DNA from: an uncultured Thermococci archaeon
GTDB taxonomy: Archaea; Methanobacteriota_B; Thermococci; Thermococcales; CAYNOZ01
Assembly (NCBI GenBank): GCA_964436705.1
Contig: CAYTEI010000002.1
Span: 27,199 to 87,919 of the forward strand
Direction of reading: 5' to 3'
Length of the DNA: 60,721 nucleotides
Shown here: piece by piece, positions 58,873 to 60,721 of the stretch
How the letters are laid out: each line of letters starts with the position of its first letter
How positions within the stretch are numbered: position 1 is the stretch's first letter
The notes under the pieces: generated by a model
Seen by the model: the letters and a program-made list of their open reading frames with translations, nothing else
Databases searched by the model: none
What the model was told of the DNA's origin: nothing
Position numbers and translations under genes: made by a program

Positions 58873-60114
58873 TCAAGCTCCGAATTTTTTTGTCCTCCCC
58901 ATGAGATCCATCATAGATAAAATCACGTCTTTACCATTTAATCGACCTAGATCTCCTTTTGCACTGGGTCTTTCACCAAATTTTTCAACATCATCTGATC
59001 TCACTCCACCACCTGATATTACTAGTGGTACTGTATCCCCACTATGATTCATTACTTCACAAGGAGTTGCATGATCTGAAGTTAGAGCAATAGAATAATT
59101 AGATAAATCAAGTTCATTAATTAGCTTTTTGATCATTTTATCCGCTTTTTCTAACATATCAATCTTTTTTTGAAAGTCACCATCATGTCCAGCAAGGTCA
59201 GGCGCCTTAAAATGCAAGAAAATAAACTCAGATCCATTTTGGAATTCTTCAATTACTGCTTCAGCTTTAGAAATCAGATCAGTATCGTAACCTCCCGTTG
59301 CACCTTCAACATTAATAATATTAAATCCCATGGATCTAAGAGTTCCTCTAACTAATGCTGTTGGGACAATTGCTGATCCTTTTACTCCAAATTCCTCCTG
59401 GAAGTCAATGGTACTTGGTTCCTCACCAACGCCTCTGACTAAAATATAATTCGCTGGATATTTTCCTTCTTTTCTTCTTTTTTCGTTAACCACATGTTTA
59501 TCTAAAACTTTATGAGATTGTTTTACAAAGCTTCTAAGAATCTCAGCCGTTTTTTCACCCTCTTCATCAGTTGCCTCTATTCTATGCGGTTCAACTCCTG
59601 GTTCGTGAGGATCACCGTCTTTTACATCAACAGACCCCTCTTTAAGTACCAGTACAGCTCGATGTTCCGTTGAGTCTTTAAAAGTAAAATCAACTGGCAA
59701 GGAAACTTCCTCTTGCACAGCCTTCGCAAGTTCTTCAGTCCCCTCATTGATTCGACCACTTCTACGGTCTACTATCTTTCCATCAGTGTAAGATCCATAG
59801 TTACATCTAAAAGCAACACTATCCTCCCCAGGATCAAGTCCTATTCCAAGGGCTTCAAGATATCCTCTACCCTTATACACCTCATAAGGATCATTTCCAA
59901 GAAGAGAAAGATGTGAAGTATCACTACCAGCAGGTTGACCTGGTTTTATAGGATCCATCATCCCATTAATACCCATTTCGCTTAATTCATCTAAATTAGG
60001 AGTTTCAGCGGCTTCGTAAGGAGTTTTACCATTTAAATCTTCTATTGGCCGATCTCCAGCTCCATCAAAAACAATCATTAAACCCTTTCTTTTAACCGGT
60101 TCTGTAAATTTCAT
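58873..60114 (-). CDS. apgM: 2,3-bisphosphoglycerate-independent phosphoglycerate mutase, archaeal type
   Basis: VFDGAGDRP, AGSDTSHLSLLG, PDLAGHDGD, LTSDHATP. Alkaline-phosphatase-superfamily metal ligands. Confidence 0.88.
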   Translation of the reverse strand: MKFTEPVKRKGLMIVFDGAGDRPIEDLNGKTPYEAAETPNLDELSEMGINGMMDPIKPGQPAGSDTSHLSLLGNDPYEVYKGRGYLEALGIGLDPGEDSVAFRCNYGSYTDGKIVDRRSGRINEGTEELAKAVQEEVSLPVDFTFKDSTEHRAVLVLKEGSVDVKDGDPHEPGVEPHRIEATDEEGEKTAEILRSFVKQSHKVLDKHVVNEKRRKEGKYPANYILVRGVGEEPSTIDFQEEFGVKGSAIVPTALVRGTLRSMGFNIINVEGATGGYDTDLISKAEAVIEEFQNGSEFIFLHFKAPDLAGHDGDFQKKIDMLEKADKMIKKLINELDLSNYSIALTSDHATPCEVMNHSGDTVPLVISGGGVRSDDVEKFGERPSAKGDLGRLNGKDVILSMMDLMGRTKKFGA

Positions 60115-60125
60115 TTTCTAATACC

Positions 60126-60721
60126 TCAGTTAATAATATTTGGATTATCTTTACCTTTAAAAGCATCATATGCATTCTTAGCAGACTCCAGTCCCGCCTT
60201 TTTACCAGTTTCTATAGATAAACCTGCCATATGTGGAGTCATCAGTAATTTATCCTCATCTATATCAAATAGTTCTGAATTCTTTGGGAGAGGTTCTTCC
60301 TCGTATACATCTATTGCAGCGTTTTTTATAGAATCATTTTCAAGTGCTTTGATTAAATCTCTAGTATTTACTACTCCTCCTCTTGAAATATTTATAAATG
60401 TTGAAGTATCTTTCATTCTTTTAAATATATCTTCATTGAATGTGTAACGGGTATCTTTAGTTAAAGGAAGAGCAGATACTAGATAATCAACTTCCGAGGC
60501 CACTTCTTCTAATTCCATATACTCAGCATCATATTGATCTTCTATATCTTTTTTTCTGCTTCTATTAAAATAATATATTTCCATGCCTAGAACATCTAGA
60601 ATCTCTACAATTCTGGATCCTATAGATCCCATACCAACAATACCAACTTTCTTACCTTTTAGAATCAAAATTTTCCACTTATTGCTCCAAACCTCTTTAA
60701 GATTATCCCAATGACCGTTAT
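60126..60721 (-). CDS. D-isomer-specific 2-hydroxyacid dehydrogenase (glyoxylate reductase / PGDH-like), 5' end beyond window
   Basis: The frame stays open upstream of the track's ATG to the window end (NGHWDNLKEVWSNKWKILILKGKKVGIVGMGSIGSRI is the NAD Rossmann motif). RGG and catalytic PHMAG motifs. Confidence 0.85.
   Translation of the reverse strand, partial: NGHWDNLKEVWSNKWKILILKGKKVGIVGMGSIGSRIVEILDVLGMEIYYFNRSRKKDIEDQYDAEYMELEEVASEVDYLVSALPLTKDTRYTFNEDIFKRMKDTSTFINISRGGVVNTRDLIKALENDSIKNAAIDVYEEEPLPKNSELFDIDEDKLLMTPHMAGLSIETGKKAGLESAKNAYDAFKGKDNPNIIN

Overview
Archaeal chromosomal window. By eye it is very AT-rich, and the proteins are rich in Lys, Glu and Asp. Most genes are preceded by GGAGGTG-type Shine-Dalgarno sites, GTG and TTG starts are frequent, and TATA boxes sit about 27 nt before the tRNA-Ile gene and before apparently leaderless starts. 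No composition statistics were computed, and the lineage cannot be assigned by eye.

The content is mostly core housekeeping:
- a rad50 (5'-partial)-nurA-herA double-strand-break repair operon;
- an anaerobe oxidative-stress block (rubredoxin, superoxide reductase, EncFtn-like ferritin with no encapsulin shell, rubrerythrin), then a two-subunit 2-oxoacid:ferredoxin oxidoreductase and another ferritin-like protein;
- a sepF-zpr1-coiled-coil operon, a RecJ/HAN-like nuclease, a decayed ridA pseudogene, Cdc48/VAT, a PRC-barrel protein, tRNA-Gly(UCC) and MTAP;
- an iron module (MntR/DtxR-like repressor, feoB, a Cys-rich mini-ORF, DtxR+FeoA) with matching palindromic operators;
- ybaK, alba, RNase Z, TraB, KH, PhoU-like, glmM, a class V aminotransferase, tRNA-Ile(GAU), nrdR-nrdJ, and purB-purA;
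- the archaeal HMG-CoA synthase/thiolase/DUF35 trio with an XRE-type regulator;
- a CoA-transferase plus livGFHM, and divergent from them an operon encoding a Cys-only FabH-like protein, two alpha/beta-hydrolases and a PKD-tagged LivK-type binding protein;
- ferritin, a PP-loop ATPase with an unrecognisable N-terminal half, rpS17e, and FEN1;
- a soluble histidine kinase plus a response regulator with an uncharacterised output domain;
- an Mth938-like protein, ApgM and a 5'-partial 2-hydroxyacid dehydrogenase.

I saw no CRISPR array, transposase, integrase, rRNA or recognisable defence island.

The best candidates for something undescribed are all modest and need database and structure checks:
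- the FabH-like/hydrolase/binding-protein operon;
- the PP-loop fusion protein;
- the REC protein with an unknown output domain;
- the encapsulin-less EncFtn inside the rubredoxin-SOR-rubrerythrin block;
- two SD-led ORFs that appear to start at ATA/ATT.
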